DNA of 63,980 nt, counting the filler, from Octopus bimaculoides (lineage: Eukaryota), in assembly GCF_001194135.2 (NCBI RefSeq). It is 7 parts of 7 records of this genome, joined end to end, with 100 filler letters (N's around TTAATTAATTAA, not from the genome) between each part and the next. Parts side by side here need not be neighbours in the genome. Positions count along the whole stretch, not along the records: positions 1 to 15,445 come from NC_069003.1; positions 15,546 to 27,371 come from NC_069006.1; 5 more parts are not named here. One strand, 5' to 3'. Within the stretch, counting starts at the first letter, position 1, and each line of letters opens with the position of its first letter. This document shows positions 12,076 to 25,428 of this stretch, in pieces. The notes under the pieces were generated by a model. That model saw only the letters and a program-made list of their open reading frames with translations, was not told the origin of the DNA and did not search any database. The position numbers were made by a program, and so were the translations under genes.

Positions 12076-12287
12076 TGTGGGGCACCTTGTCCACCACCTA
12101 TTATTATTATTATTATTATTATTAATATCAATTTATTTTGCCAATTCCGGTACATATTCTATCGATCTCGTTGTCCGAACCGTGATGTTACAGGAACAAA
12201 AGCAAACCAACACCGGTTGTGAAGCGGTGGTGTGGGACAAATACAATCACAAAAACACACTCACCCACACAAACAGGCACGCGCACA

Positions 12288-12339
<52 letters not shown>

Positions 12340-13101
12340 CATATATATATATANNNNNNNNNNNNNNNNNNNNNNNNNNNNNNNNNNNNNNNNNNNNNNN
12401 NNNNNNNNNNNNNNNNNNNNNNNNNNNNNNNNNNNNNNNNNNNNNNNNNNNNNNNNNNNNNNNNNNNNNNNNNNNNNNNNNNNNNNNNNNNNNNNNNNNN
12501 NNNNNNNNNNNNNNNNNNNNNNNNNNNNNNNNNNNNNNNNNNNNNNNNNNNNNNNNNNNNNNNNNNNNNNNNNNNNNNNNNNNNNNNNNNNNNNNNNNNN
12601 NNNNNNNNNNNNNNNNNNNNNNNNNNNNNNNNNNNNNNNNNNNNNNNNNNNNNNNNNNNNNNNNNNNNNNNNNNNNNNNNNNNNNNNNNNNNNNNNNNNN
12701 NNNNNNNNNNNNNNNNNNNNNNNNNNNNNNNNNNNNNNNNNNNNNNNNNNNNNNNNNNNNNNNNNNNNNNNNNNNNNNNNNNNNNNNNNNNNNNNNNNNN
12801 NNNNNNNNNNNNNNNNNNNNNNNNNNNNNNNNNNNNNNNNNNNNNNNNNNNNNNNNNNNNNNNNNNNNNNNNNNNNNNNNNNNNNNNNNNNNNNNNNNNN
12901 NNNNNNNNNNNNNNNNNNNNNNNNNNNNNNNNNNNNNNNNNNNNNNNNNNNNNNNNNNNNNNNNNNNNNNNNNNNNNNNNNNNNNNNNNNNNNNNNNNNN
13001 NNNNNNNNNNNNNNNNNNNNNNNNNNNNNNNNNNNNNNNNNNNNNNNNNNNNNNNNNNNNNNNNNNNNNNNNNNNNNNNNNNNNNNNNNNNNNNNNNNNN
13101 N

Positions 13102-13156
<55 letters not shown>

Positions 13157-13206
13157 CTCTATCTATCTATCTATATATATATCTGTCTGTTTATCTATCT
13201 ATCTAC

Positions 13207-13700
13207 GAGGGGTGTTCATTAAAAATTTCGTCTGACCCACTTCCCAAGGACTGGGATAAACGAAGCTTGGCATAATCATTAGTCCTTGCCTACACGGCCA
13301 CCACCAATGATGACACACCTCTCCTGTCACTTTATGCAGCTGTGAAGACCTCCTCTTTAGAAGTCGGTAGGTTGCGTCTGGAACCAAGACGTTACCTCGG
13401 AAATAAGTTCATCATCATCCGAAAAGTGCTTCACCTTCAAAAACAACTTGATGCTTGTAAAGATGTGGTAGTCAGATGGTTCGACGTCAGGAGAATAAGG
13501 GGCATAAGGATGGATTTTATAGCTGCAAGAATGTGCGTTCATCTGGGCAACATGCGCATTGTAAAGTGGGGCATTGTCTTGGAGAAGGCGAACTCCTTTG
13601 GTCAGCATGCCACGCCTCTCTGCTTTGATGGCGTCTCGCAATTTCTGCGGCAGAGATGCATAATATGCCGTGTTAATTGTGGCGTTCTTTGCCAGAAAAT
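13207..13700 (-). mobile_element. Mariner (DD34D) transposase C-terminal half with right TIR
   Basis: TINTAYYASL..LRDAIKAERRGMLTKGVRLLQDNA..HPYAPYSPDVEPSDYHIF..KHFSDDDEL. The end reads TA|cgaggggtgttcattaaaaatttc at 13205-13230. Confidence 0.9.
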
Positions 13701-15079
13701 CCATACACATATATACATACATACATATATACATACATACATAGATACATATATACATACATACATACACATATGCATACATACGATATATGCGTCCATT
13801 TTAACTTTGATACAAGAGCACCACTGCGAGCCAAGGCGTAAATCCCATGGTGGAGAACATTTGCAAGGTACTGCGTTCAATCCCACTTTGTGGTACTTCG
13901 CACGAGTTTCGTTTGCGACATCTTCAGTTCCACCCAACCCTTGAGACAGAGACTGAATCGGATAAGGAAACTGTGAGGACGAAAAAACAAAAATGAAGCC
14001 TTTTGTTTGATGTGTATCGGAAATGCCTTACNNNNNNNNNNNNNNNNNNNNNNNNNNNNNNNNNNNNNNNNNNNNNNNNNNNNNNNNNNNNNNNNNNNNN
14101 NNNNNNNNNNNNNNNNNNNNNNNNNNNNNNNNNNNNNNNNNNNNNNNNNNNNNNNNNNNNNNNNNNNNNNNNNNNNNNNNNNNNNNNNNNNNNNNNNNNN
14201 NNNNNNNNNNNNNNNNNNNNNNNNNNNNNNNNNNNNNNNNNNNNNNNNNNNNNNNNNNNNNNNNNNNNNNNNNNNNNNNNNNNNNNNNGATGATGATGAT
14301 GATGATGTGATGGTGGTGGTGGTGGTGGTGGTGGTGGTGGTGATGGTGATGATGTCTTGGCTGCTGTTGTTCTTTTCCTTTTCTTGTTTTTCTTTTTCTT
14401 TTTCGTCGCCCTCTTCATTTTATCTTTCTCCACCACTTCCTCATTCTTTCTTTTTTCCTATTTCCTCACCCTCCTCCTTCTCCTCCTTCTCCTCTTCTTC
14501 TTCTTCTTCTTCTTCTTCTTCTTCTTGTTTGCTCTGAAATCAATTCTGATCGAACACAATATAAACGAAGCGCATTTAAACACCCATCGACATTTTTTTT
14601 TCTTTTTTTTATTTATATTTTTTCAATATCGATAATAACCAATCTAGAGTTCGTTTCCATTTTAAAAACAAAAACGCAAATAAATCTGATTCAATTCAAA
14701 GAAGATTTAGCTACTCTATCTAGCCAGTCGAACTACAATGGATCGCGCTGTATTAGCTAACATTATTTCATGCATTCCACTAACCAACCGGAAACGGGTT
14801 TTGAAGGACAACGTCCATGAAATAAAAACAAGAAACAAAGAAGGCTTGGCTTCCCAATGAACCAGATTAAACTGAATGGGTTCAACTGTTGTGCAATTGT
14901 CTTTGATAATGTCAATGCTTTAATGGTCAGACAATGGGATTAAAGTTAAAAGCAAAAAACACTTAACCTTCATAACAAGGTTTTCACAATTTCAAATTTC
15001 CTTCCGATTCTCTATCTTTTTCCTCACAAAAGCTTTTGGAGGGTCATGTGATTATTTTTGCAGCTGTTGCTGCTGATAT

Positions 15080-15117
<38 letters not shown>

Positions 15118-15285
15118 ACGCTGCAATTTTTGTTGTTGTTGTTATGGCTATTGTGGTTACTGTTGTTGTCATTGTTTTTGTCAGGCAGTAGATGAAGTGC
15201 CCTTTCTGTTTGTCTGCTTGAATGTCTGTATGTCTGCCTGTCTCTGTCTGACTAGCTATCTATCAATCAATCTATACATACATAA

Positions 15286-15345
<60 letters not shown>

Positions 15346-15489
15346 GTATATTATGGAGATGTACTTGCATAGCAAGTGACCTGATCTGAGATCGTATGCT
15401 GGAACGAAAACAATTGCAGCGTCGAAGGTGTTTATAATCCATTCANNNNNNNNNNNNNNNNNNNNNNNNNNNNNNNNNNNNNNNNNNNN

Positions 15490-15501
15490 TTAATTAATTA
15501 A
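15490..15501. other. Assembly linker TTAATTAATTAA between ~44-N runs (also 27416-27427, 49974-49985, 54749-54760, 61292-61303, 62592-62603)
   Basis: The identical 12-mer, with stops in all six frames, is centred in six ~100-bp N blocks. Confidence 0.9.
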
Positions 15502-15729
15502 NNNNNNNNNNNNNNNNNNNNNNNNNNNNNNNNNNNNNNNNNNNNGAGAGAGGCAGAGAGAGAGTGGGAGAAAGAAAGTGATAGTGATAGTGATGGTTGG
15601 GACAGAATGAGATGTGGGGGTAGGCCGTTGGCGGTGGAGTATAGGAGGAACGAGCCCTTCACTTCTTGCGCCACTAAGAATTTTGTTATAAGCGAACCGA
15701 ACCGCTTGTCAATTTTAATTATTATTTAA

Positions 15730-15764
<35 letters not shown>

Positions 15765-15840
15765 ATGGTCGTGGTTTTGTTATTTATGCGAAAACGTGCT
15801 TTTTTTTTAATTCTTGGAGGGAATTGACGTAGATAAACAT

Positions 15841-15871
<31 letters not shown>

Positions 15872-15940
15872 CCTTTCAGTGCCTCAATCTGTGCTTAGAC
15901 ATCTTATTTCCATATAATTGTATGTATGTATGTACGTATG

Positions 15941-15971
<31 letters not shown>

Positions 15972-16050
15972 GAATATATATATACATACATATGAATATA
16001 TATATACATACATATGAATATATACACACATACGTACATATATATACGTA

Positions 16051-16081
<31 letters not shown>

Positions 16082-16459
16082 TCGTTTGTGTGCCACTGTG
16101 TATGTGTTTAAGCTTTTTCCTGTATGAAGCCACCACAATTTATAAATATACAGTTTTTCAACTCACAGAAACCATTCTTGCGATTGTTACACCAAATTCT
16201 TTCTCTTCCCTCTTTCACTCACTTCCTTTCTCACCGTCTCTCCCTCCCTCTCCCTTTCTTACCGTCTCTCCCTCTCCTCTCCTCACTCTATCTCTCTCTC
16301 GCTCTCTCTCTCTCATGTTGTTTCCTCCTTGGGGCTTGGTGCTTTGCTTTCGTTGTTTCAGTTCTGCATGTGGTTGAATTCGTGGTTAGTGCTTTAGGGG
16401 AAGAATCATGGAAAAAAAATGTCGGAATTTCATAAAACACCCATCTCCTCCGCTGTAGA

Positions 16460-16498
<39 letters not shown>

Positions 16499-19056
16499 TA
16501 AATATATATACATATACATATGTGCATATACACACATATATATACACGTGTGTGTGTGTGTGTGTGTGTATTGCAACAGCTGACTCATTCATAGTTTGGC
16601 TGCTTGATGCGGAGCTGTGACTGTGAAGAGGAGTTTGTTTCGCACTCGTGTGGTTTCGGCCTTCACACACACACACACACANNNNNNNNNNNNNNNNNNN
16701 NNNNNNNNNNNNNNNNNNNNNNNNNNNNNNNNNNNNNNNNNNNNNNNNNNNNNNNNNNNNNNNNNNNNNNNNNNNNNNNNNNNNNNNNNNNNNNNNNNNN
16801 NNNNNNNNNNNNNNNNNNNNNNNNNNNNNNNNNNNNNNNNNNNNNNNNNNNNNNNNNNNNNNNNNNNNNNNNNNNNNNNNNNNNNNNNNNNNNNNNNNNN
16901 NNNNNNNNNNNNNNNNNNNNNNNNNNNNNNNNNNNNNNNNNNNNNNNNNNNNNNNNNNNNNNNNNNNNNNNNNNNNNNNNNNNNNNNNNNNNNNNNNNNN
17001 NNNNNNNNNNNNNNNNNNNNNNNNNNNNNNNNNNNNNNNNNNNNNNNNNNNNNNNNNNNNNNNNNNNNNNNNNNNNNNNNNNNNNNNNNNNNNNNNNNNN
17101 NNNNNNNNNNNNNNNNNNNNNNNNNNNNNNNNNNNNNNNNNNNNNNNNNNNNNNNNNNNNNNNNNNNNNNNNNNNNNNNNNNNNNNNNNNNNNNNNNNNN
17201 NNNNNNNNNNNNNNNNNNNNNNNNNNNNNNNNNNNNNNNNNNNNNNNNNNNNNNNNNNNNNNNNNNNNNNNNNNNNNNNNNNNNNNNNNNNNNNNNCAGG
17301 CTGAGACCTGCTTATGTAGAAAACCAGCCTTGTTGAACCACGTTTCCAATAGTGCAAAACAGAATAAAGAAAATGGCATTTTTATTGAACGTGACAGAGG
17401 AAATAAGATTCAAGTGATTCAGACAAGACCGAGTTCGTTTGAACTTTTCGAATTCTAAAGTTCTATTTCATTTAAACTCGCATCACTAATGCTCTTAAAA
17501 AAGACAGGTGAGTCGTACATTCTCATTTCCTTTCTCTTTAGAAATCTCTGACTTTTCACCCATGATAATAATAAAAACAACAAAATAAAAATAATAATAA
17601 AAATAATAATAAAAACTCAATTTATAAAATTCTATCGATTCTACATTAGTTCGTTCCCCCTCCTTCACTATTCCCCATACCACCACCACCACCATCGTTC
17701 TTCTATCCCTGCTGTCTTCATCTCAACTCCGTTGTTGCAACATATGATCTTTAAACTTGCAATGGTGTCTTTCTGTTATTCATTTATTATTATTATTATT
17801 ATTAATATTATTATTGTTATTTTTTCCTCTTCTTTGTTATCATGATTTAACAAAATTAGTTAGTAAATAAATGAGAAGCTGGATTCTGTTTGTTTATTCT
17901 TCAATGAAATATTTTTGCTGAACTGTGTCTTATCGTTCATGATTTAGTTTAATGCGGTTTTCTGCAACCGCAGTTATTTTGGTCTTTTCTAGATACGCCA
18001 TAATGTTCGTTTAAACCGGATATCTGATCAAAAAGTTATTCGCCGTCTTACACAAAACTTAGGCGATTGTTATATTATTGCTTTCGTTGTCTTTGCTGTT
18101 TAGCCCCAGGTCTGACCCATCATATGAGGCGCTCCAGCTATGACTATCACGTCCTTTTTCTTATAAAACGTTGTATAACCAGGACTTTTTTTTAATCCAA
18201 TTTTTATTTTAGTCTCCCTTTTAACGGTAACGTTTAATTAAAATTATTACACTCATTGTGAACAGAAAAAAATCAGTTTTCCTAATCATCAATTTTGTCC
18301 GTGGTAGCTAATTAAAATATTTAAGGTAAACTCTTGTGTGATGATGGCGCTGCTGTACTCCGTCTCGGAATGCAGGAATCGATGATTCATCAGGAAGTGA
18401 GACAGCTCCGTATATTTTTCGGTTCCTTCCACCGCGACATCGGAGCTACCTGGGGGACACCTATCAATGTTAGTTACACCCGTGGGTCCTGCATATAAAC
18501 ACGAGCTTCGTTACGACATCAGGGTCAGATGTTTCTTACCATACTCGGTGGTCGACCTTGCTATAACCACTCGTCAGCTCTCTTGTTCTAAATGGAGTAG
18601 CTTGCTTTCCCAACGACTTCCGATAATTTTCTGGCACCGTCTTTTCTCCCTATTCGAAATTTTAGCATACAACAACCCCTGCAAAGAAAGAAAAGAAAAC
18701 AGGATTGTACGGGAAGTATCAACTCACTTGGCCAAGAGAGTAATTTACGATGCATTTTAGAATCACGAATACAATTTTAATTTAAGCGTGATTAACCATG
18801 ACTACAGGATGTCTTCAGTTCGCCTGGATTAATATCCTAACCACTGCGCTAATTGTAGGAAATGAAAATGTGTACTAGCGACTTTGATATTATTAAAAAC
18901 ATCGATAATTTCTTTTTCTGAAGCATGTGCATAAATAAGTGTGTGCATGTATGTGTAGTTTGTGAGCGCGTGTGATATCTATTCATATGTGACTAACCTG
19001 GTTTATACGCTCTCTGTATGTGTGTGTGTAAAATTATTATTATTATTATTATTTCC

Positions 19057-19450
19057 AGGCGTAGGAGTGGCTGTGTAATAAGTAGCTTGCTTATGAACCA
19101 CATGGTTCTGGGTTCAGTCCCACTTTGTTGCATTTTGGGCAAGTGTCTTCTACTATAGCCTCGGGTCGACTAAAACCTTGTGAGTGGATTTGGTAGATGG
19201 AAACTGAAAGAAGCCCGTCGTATATATATATATATTTGTGTGTGTATGTTTGTGTGTCTATGTTTGTCCCACCAACATCGCTTGACAACCGATGCTGGTG
19301 TGCTTACGTCGCCGTAACTTAGCGGTTCGGCAAAAGAGACCGATAGAATAAGTACTAGGCTCACAAAGAATAAGTCCTAGGGTCGATTTGCTCGACTAAA
19401 AGGCGGTGCTCCAGCATGGCCACAGTCAAATGACTGAAACAAGTAAAAGA
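19057..19450 (+). mobile_element. Full-length tRNA-derived SINE family B (~390 bp)
   Basis: tRNA-like head with A/B-box-like motifs, ttgggcaagtgtcttct central block, internal (TA)/(TG) run and 3' end gactgaaacaagtaaaaga. About 9 other partial copies are in the window. Confidence 0.9.
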
Positions 19451-20365
19451 GGGGTGATCGTAGTATTACACACACACACACACACAAACTTATTGTCATA
19501 AGCTGAGTGGGTGCATTAAGTTTATTGTCGCTTTAAAACTTGGCCAATCTGTTTTTTTTCTTTTTTTTGTTTTAATGATAGTTGAAAGAAAAGATGCTGC
19601 TGTCTAGTAATACGAACGAGCACATAGACTCGCTCGTTTTTAATAGCCCAGGTGAAAGCCAGACGATAGTAATGTGTTTCAGTTTAATCAAAATTGAACA
19701 CGTAAGGAAGAGAAATTCATTAGTGTTAACGATAATTCTTATCAAATAAAGGGAGGCAACTCCGTAATCTAAGCTGATTAAAATTCAGGGAAATTTTTCC
19801 TTATAAAACCATTCACGTTATCGATTGTTTCATGGTGTATTTTTGCTTCTGATTTTTTTAATATTTTTTCCATTCTCTTCTCTCTCTTTCGTTTTTCAAC
19901 GACTACATTATCATATATACTTTTCCTTTCTAAAGTAGCAATAAAGGCAGGATGCAATGAGACAAATTTTGCTGTTATTTCTTGCTGCATAGAGAGTCCC
20001 ATCAGTGGTTCACATAGCAACGTATCATTTGCCCAAGATTTTCCCTGACTGAGCTGTCTGATAATTAAAGGGTTCCACCCATAACCATCCTGTCATTTTT
20101 TTTTTTTGTTTTTGCTACAATGACTTAATAGTCCAAGATTTCTCTGTCAAATATACCGTATTTTAACATGGTTAATCAAATTAAAGCATAGGGTAAAAAA
20201 TCAGTTATTAATTAATATCGATTTATTACCAGGAAGCTAGCACATTTAAAGAATCAGAGAGGTTCAGAAAAAATATCTGAGATCTTAGGGGATTAAGGTA
20301 TATGTATATGTGATTTACTTCTAGCACATTAAATGTCCACTTTAGCGGCCATCGTTATATATAAA

Positions 20366-20549
20366 CGTATTTTAACATGTATAAGGAACCTTCATGTATA
20401 AGGAACCCCCTAATTTGGGGAGGGGCTTAAAATTTGGAAAAAACGGTTTTGTAAGGGATTATAATACTATCGATGTATAAGAAACTCCCATATTTTTTAA
20501 ACCTAATTTTTGACAAAAAAGGGGTTTCCATTATACACGTTAGAATACA
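20366..20549. mobile_element. pogo/Tigger-like MITE
   Basis: Imperfect ~19-bp TIRs cgtattttaacatgtataa / ttatacacgttagaataca, with internal catgtataaggaacc repeats. Confidence 0.5.
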
Positions 20550-20696
20550 ACAATTCTTATTTATTCGCCTTATTTTGAATTGATTAATCATGCATTCACT
20601 CTCAAAGCTTCAAGATTTTGATGAAGTTATTATTTATTTGTAAAATGATATTGTAGGTTAGGTATAAGAGGTTGGATACGGTCAGTTTTGTACTGG

Positions 20697-20770
20697 TTTA
20701 AATGCCAAACGTTTAAATGTCCGGTTCAAATGCCTAAAGGTTAAATGTCCGGTTTAAATGTCTAAAGGTC
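20697..20770. repeat. Degenerate minisatellite (ggtttaaatg-based units)
   Basis: About 5 imperfect units, e.g. ttaaatgtccgg and aaatgcctaaagg. Confidence 0.6.
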
Positions 20771-22144
20771 AAGGCAGCAGTCTATATATTTGAGGGAATG
20801 TGATTGCTATTTCTAGTAGATTTAGCATCCATGAAGAGGACAGACTCTCTCATTGTCTCGTGTTATGAAACGTAATTGCCGAAGAATAGCCATATAACAA
20901 TGTTGCTGTTGTTGTTCTGTTGTTCTTGTCTTCTTACTTTTTTTTTTTTCGGTAGTTCCAATTACTGTCATATTTCAAGTAAATGTCAGATTCTTAATCA
21001 AGGCCATTTATTTATTTCCAATAATTTCTATATTCCCATATCGGCTATTAGAATTGTTTCAATCGAGATTGGTGAGTAAGGGGTTGCTTTCGACACCATT
21101 CGGTGGAGAGAAGCATCATTCACTGCCAGTGTCTCTTCTTTCTTACTGTTCGGTATTCTCATTGGTCTTGCAGTTGTTGTTGCTTATGATGATGATAATA
21201 ATGAGGAGGAGGAAGAGGAGAATGATGATGCTAATAATGATGTTGGTACGACAACGATGTTTACGCTGCAGGAATTTCGGGGTCTTATATTTTAGTTCAT
21301 CAACTTAATAACCACGAGCTGCTGTTTTTCAAAGGTCAATAAAAATCGTAAATCTTAAAGACACAACGGAGATCTCTGCTGAAGAGGTTCGTGGGGTTGA
21401 CGGTGACGAAGACAATGTTGGTGTCGGTGGTGATAGTAATTTCGTGTTCGTGATGGTGGCGGGGTGGAGAGACATCCCACTGGATGGAATGCAGCTTCTT
21501 GTATATAATGTGGCAACGACATTTATGATGATGATGAGGATGATTCTGGTGGTGGTGGTGGTGGTGGTGGTGGTGGTGGTGGTGGTTGCANNNNNNNNNN
21601 NNNNNNNNNNNNNNNNNNNNNNNNNNNNNNNNNNNNNNNNNNNNNNNNNNNNNNNNNNNNNNNNNNNNNNNNNNNNNNNNNNNNNNNNNNNNNNNNNNNN
21701 NNNNNNNNNNNNNNNNNNNNNNNNNNNNNNNNNNNNNNNNNNNNNNNNNNNNNNNNNNNNNNNNNNNNNNNNNNNNNNNNNNNNNNNNNNNNNNNNNNNN
21801 NNNNNNNNNNNNNNNNNNNNNNNNNNNNNNNNNNNNNNNNNNNNNNNNNNNNNNNNNNNNNNNNNNNNNNNNNNNNNNNNNNNNNNNNNNNNNNNNNNNN
21901 NNNNNNNNNNNNNNNNNNNNNNNNNNNNNNNNNNNNNNNNNNNNNNNNNNNNNNNNNNNNNNNNNNNNNNNNNNATATATATATATATATATACACACGG
22001 ACACACGTTTGTGTCTCAGCTATACTTGTATGTATGCATAGTTTTTGAGACACAAACGTTTTTTTTCCGGTGATTGATTCCCCTCTCTTTATATATCACA
22101 CACACACACACACACACACACAGGTTGTGTGCGCTTTTATGCAT

Positions 22145-22179
<35 letters not shown>

Positions 22180-22846
22180 GACTTTCTGTGTATTTCTTTG
22201 TGCTTCTGTCTATATATTTGGAAATGGGTTTACATAATTGTGAACAAACCTAGTTATATGTATGTCAACACACACACACACACACGACACACACACTCTA
22301 CGCACATCCACAGACATACATAGGTGCGTGTGCGCGACCAGTTAACCATTTCAGCCTTTCTGTGAACTCCCAATCGTAACCGCTCCCCCCATCAGCTTAA
22401 AACCACCTACCACCACCACCACAATAACAGCAACAACACCACCATCAAACTTACTCATTACATAAGTTACCGGTACATTTTCCTTCTTTTTTTTTGGTTT
22501 TGTTGCTCCGAATGACGGGCTGGCCACTTTGTGTGTTGTGTTGTGTATAATATGTGTTTGTATCCGTATTCCAACTATCTCTGTAATATGTATATGTGTG
22601 TGTGTGTGTGTGTGTGATCGGTAGAGAAATGGGTGATGCAAAGTGTGTGTGTATGTGTGTGTGTGTGTGTGTGTGTAAAGATGTTGCGTTAGGTTAAAGG
22701 TCAACTTGCGTTAAAGGACTACATGTTAACCCCAGCTGCTGAAACAAAATATTCTTTCCATTGGTCTCTCTGACATTTTCCTGCCCCGGCAAAAATATGC
22801 TCCGTTTACGGCAAATAAACCACATATGCACACACTCCCTCTCCTT

Positions 22847-22910
<64 letters not shown>

Positions 22911-22991
22911 TCTCTCTTTACTTCCTTTTGCGTTTCTATTTTTTTCATCTTTTATCCTCGTTATCATTACTCTTTTCATCACCCCTTGTCT

Positions 22992-23048
<57 letters not shown>

Positions 23049-24545
23049 CGTCTGTCTGTCTGTCTTCTTGCCCTTCTTGTGGTTTGACTTTTCCTGTACT
23101 CTTTTTTTTTAATATCCATTATTATTATTATTTCCTCTTATTTGCTTTCATTTTCGATTTTTTTTAATGTATTTTTTTTCATGGTGTGGATGGGTTTTCT
23201 TTCCCTCCTTTTTTAGTTACTACGAGTTCGTATTTTAAGGCGACAAAATCATACTTGTAAATTACTAAAACTACGGGAGAAAAAAAATTGTAAAACATCG
23301 ATTTCAGTGGTTTTCACGCATTAACAAGCGAGCCATCCGTTACATGTTTATTTAATTTTATTCTTATTTTTTGAGCTGCTAGGGATACAACTAAATCTTG
23401 TTCAAACTGCCGTCTGTCTCCTTGAAAAATCAAGGAACGAACACTTTAGATAGTGTATTAAAAAGCACAAGATGTATCTCAGCTGGGCAGCATTTGTTCA
23501 CATGGTCTGCAACATCATTGCTGACTTGGGAGCATAATAACAGCAGCAACTCGAGGTTTCATGTCTGTTATCTAAGAAAGAAATTTCACTCTACATAGAA
23601 GTTGTGAGGTGAAATATTTGCGTTTACTGTTGTAAATCAATCTTCGTACAATAGATCGAATTAGTACCTTAGATATTAAACCCTTGCCTCACTCTTCTCG
23701 CTCTATTTGCGTTATCACTTAGCTTTAGGTTAGCCCTAAAAGGACAGATTTGGTTGACAGTGATCCAGCTATGACTGTATCAGTCTCTCCAGCATTACTT
23801 AAACTGGTGGTCATGATATGTCCCATGGGTCTTCGCGTTACAAGCCTGAGTAAGGCTATTTTTATGAGGAAACCCAAGGTAAAACTCCCTCTTCTCTCCA
23901 CTCCACTGATGATGTCTGGAAGAAAGGACCGATACAGCTTGGCCTTAGTGTTGTTGCTTGCTCTGCTGTGGGAGCATAAGGGACCGAAGTAGATGCAACG
24001 AGGTACTCCATCTTGCACTCGAAAGGATAAAAGGTAAGCTAACATGGGCGAGATTTGATCTCTTGAATGCAGAGAACTAGAAAATGTATCACAAGGCATT
24101 CATTCCATCTGGCGCTCTAATGACTCGGCCTAATTGCTGCTTTATTGCATAGCTAGAAAGAATTATTACATTAAATAGCGTATCCACACACGACCTTCTA
24201 TGTTCTAAGACAGTAAGCTATTATTTGAAGTAGATTTAGCAATTACTTTTGACTGTTCGTGAGTCTAGGTTGAGGTACCCTCGGTGGTAATTTTAGGTGC
24301 GGGAAATAATTTCACTTGTATAATAGAATGGAGATGAGCTGGCGCCAACTTACTATCTATAATGTGTATATGATGAGGATAAACCGCTGTGAATTTAGTG
24401 ATCCTTGAACAAAGTTTATGAGTAAGCAATAAACACTAGCAATAATAAAGTCATTCTTTGTGAAATGTTTATTTGGTAACCCTCTTCAAAAGGAATGCTG
24501 TGTATGTGTCTGTATGTGTCTGTTTGATTAACATTTAAACTTAAT

Positions 24546-25030
24546 AAGGCGGTGAACTAGCAGAATTGTTAGCACGCTGGGCAAAAATCCTTAGCGGCAT
24601 TTTGTCAGTCTTTACGTTCTGAGTTCAAATTCTGCCGAGGTCGACTTTGTTTTTCATCCTTTCGGGGTCGATAAATTACCGCTGAAACGCTTGGGGTCGA
24701 TTCCGAGTTCAGTCCCACTGCGTGACACCTTGGGAGAGTGTTTACTACTATAGCCGCGTGCCGACCAAAGCTTTATGAGTGGATTTGGTTGACGAAAACT
24801 GAAAGAAGCCCGTCCTATATATGTGTGTGTGTGTGTGTGTATGTTTATCTTTCAACATCGTTTGACAACCGATGTTGGTGCGTTTACGTCCCCGTAAACT
24901 TAGCGGTTCGGCAAAGAAGACCGATAGAACAAGTACTAGGCTTACAAAAAATAAGTCCTTGAGTCGATTTGCTCGACTAAAGGCGGTGCTACAGCATGGC
25001 CACAGTCAAATGACTGAGACGAGTAAAAGA
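24546..25030 (+). mobile_element. SINE family A (24546-24700) fused to 5'-truncated SINE family B (24701-25030)
   Basis: The family A sequence runs to ggggtcgat and continues directly into tccgagttcagtcccactgcgtg of family B. Confidence 0.85.
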
Positions 25031-25339
25031 ATAGAAGAATACATGATGACTGACTCGTCCTGTCAGATGATAACTGTCACACATTAAATCGCATTAAATG
25101 GGAGTCATTGGATTCAAGTGACAACACTTTTGCCATTCACTCGGTCGCCATGGTTTGTTCCTTTGTAAGATGACACGTGCTATTTTAACTGCAAGATTTA
25201 TGTCAGATTTTCTCCTTTAAAAGTTGCCTTCCTCATAGCTTTGTCAAACAACACGGGAAATCTATTTAACTCATGGATGATACCCCGATAGGGACTACCG
25301 CTCCGGGTCACAACCGACCTGGGAGTAATAGTAATTACG

Positions 25340-25428
25340 GGTAGATTCCCTAACCCAAACCCTAGCCCTAACCCTAAAACTAACCCTAAAACCATAACCC
25401 TAACACCCTAGTGAAAATCGTACGGGTG
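25340..25428. repeat. Short degenerate interstitial (CCCTAA)n array
   Basis: ccctaacccaaaccctagccctaaccctaaaactaaccctaaaaccataaccctaa seen directly. Confidence 0.7.

Noticed and set aside
19778-20020. 80-aa minus-strand ORF
   Set aside because: No recognisable domain or splice signals; short ORFs of this size are expected by chance.
21340-21590. Plus-strand acidic/Gly-Val ORF as an exon
   Set aside because: It grades into (GGT)/(GAT) microsatellites and has no convincing splice sites.
23398-23600. hAT transposase C-terminus
   Set aside because: Only a vague resemblance across several stops; no diagnostic motif could be read.
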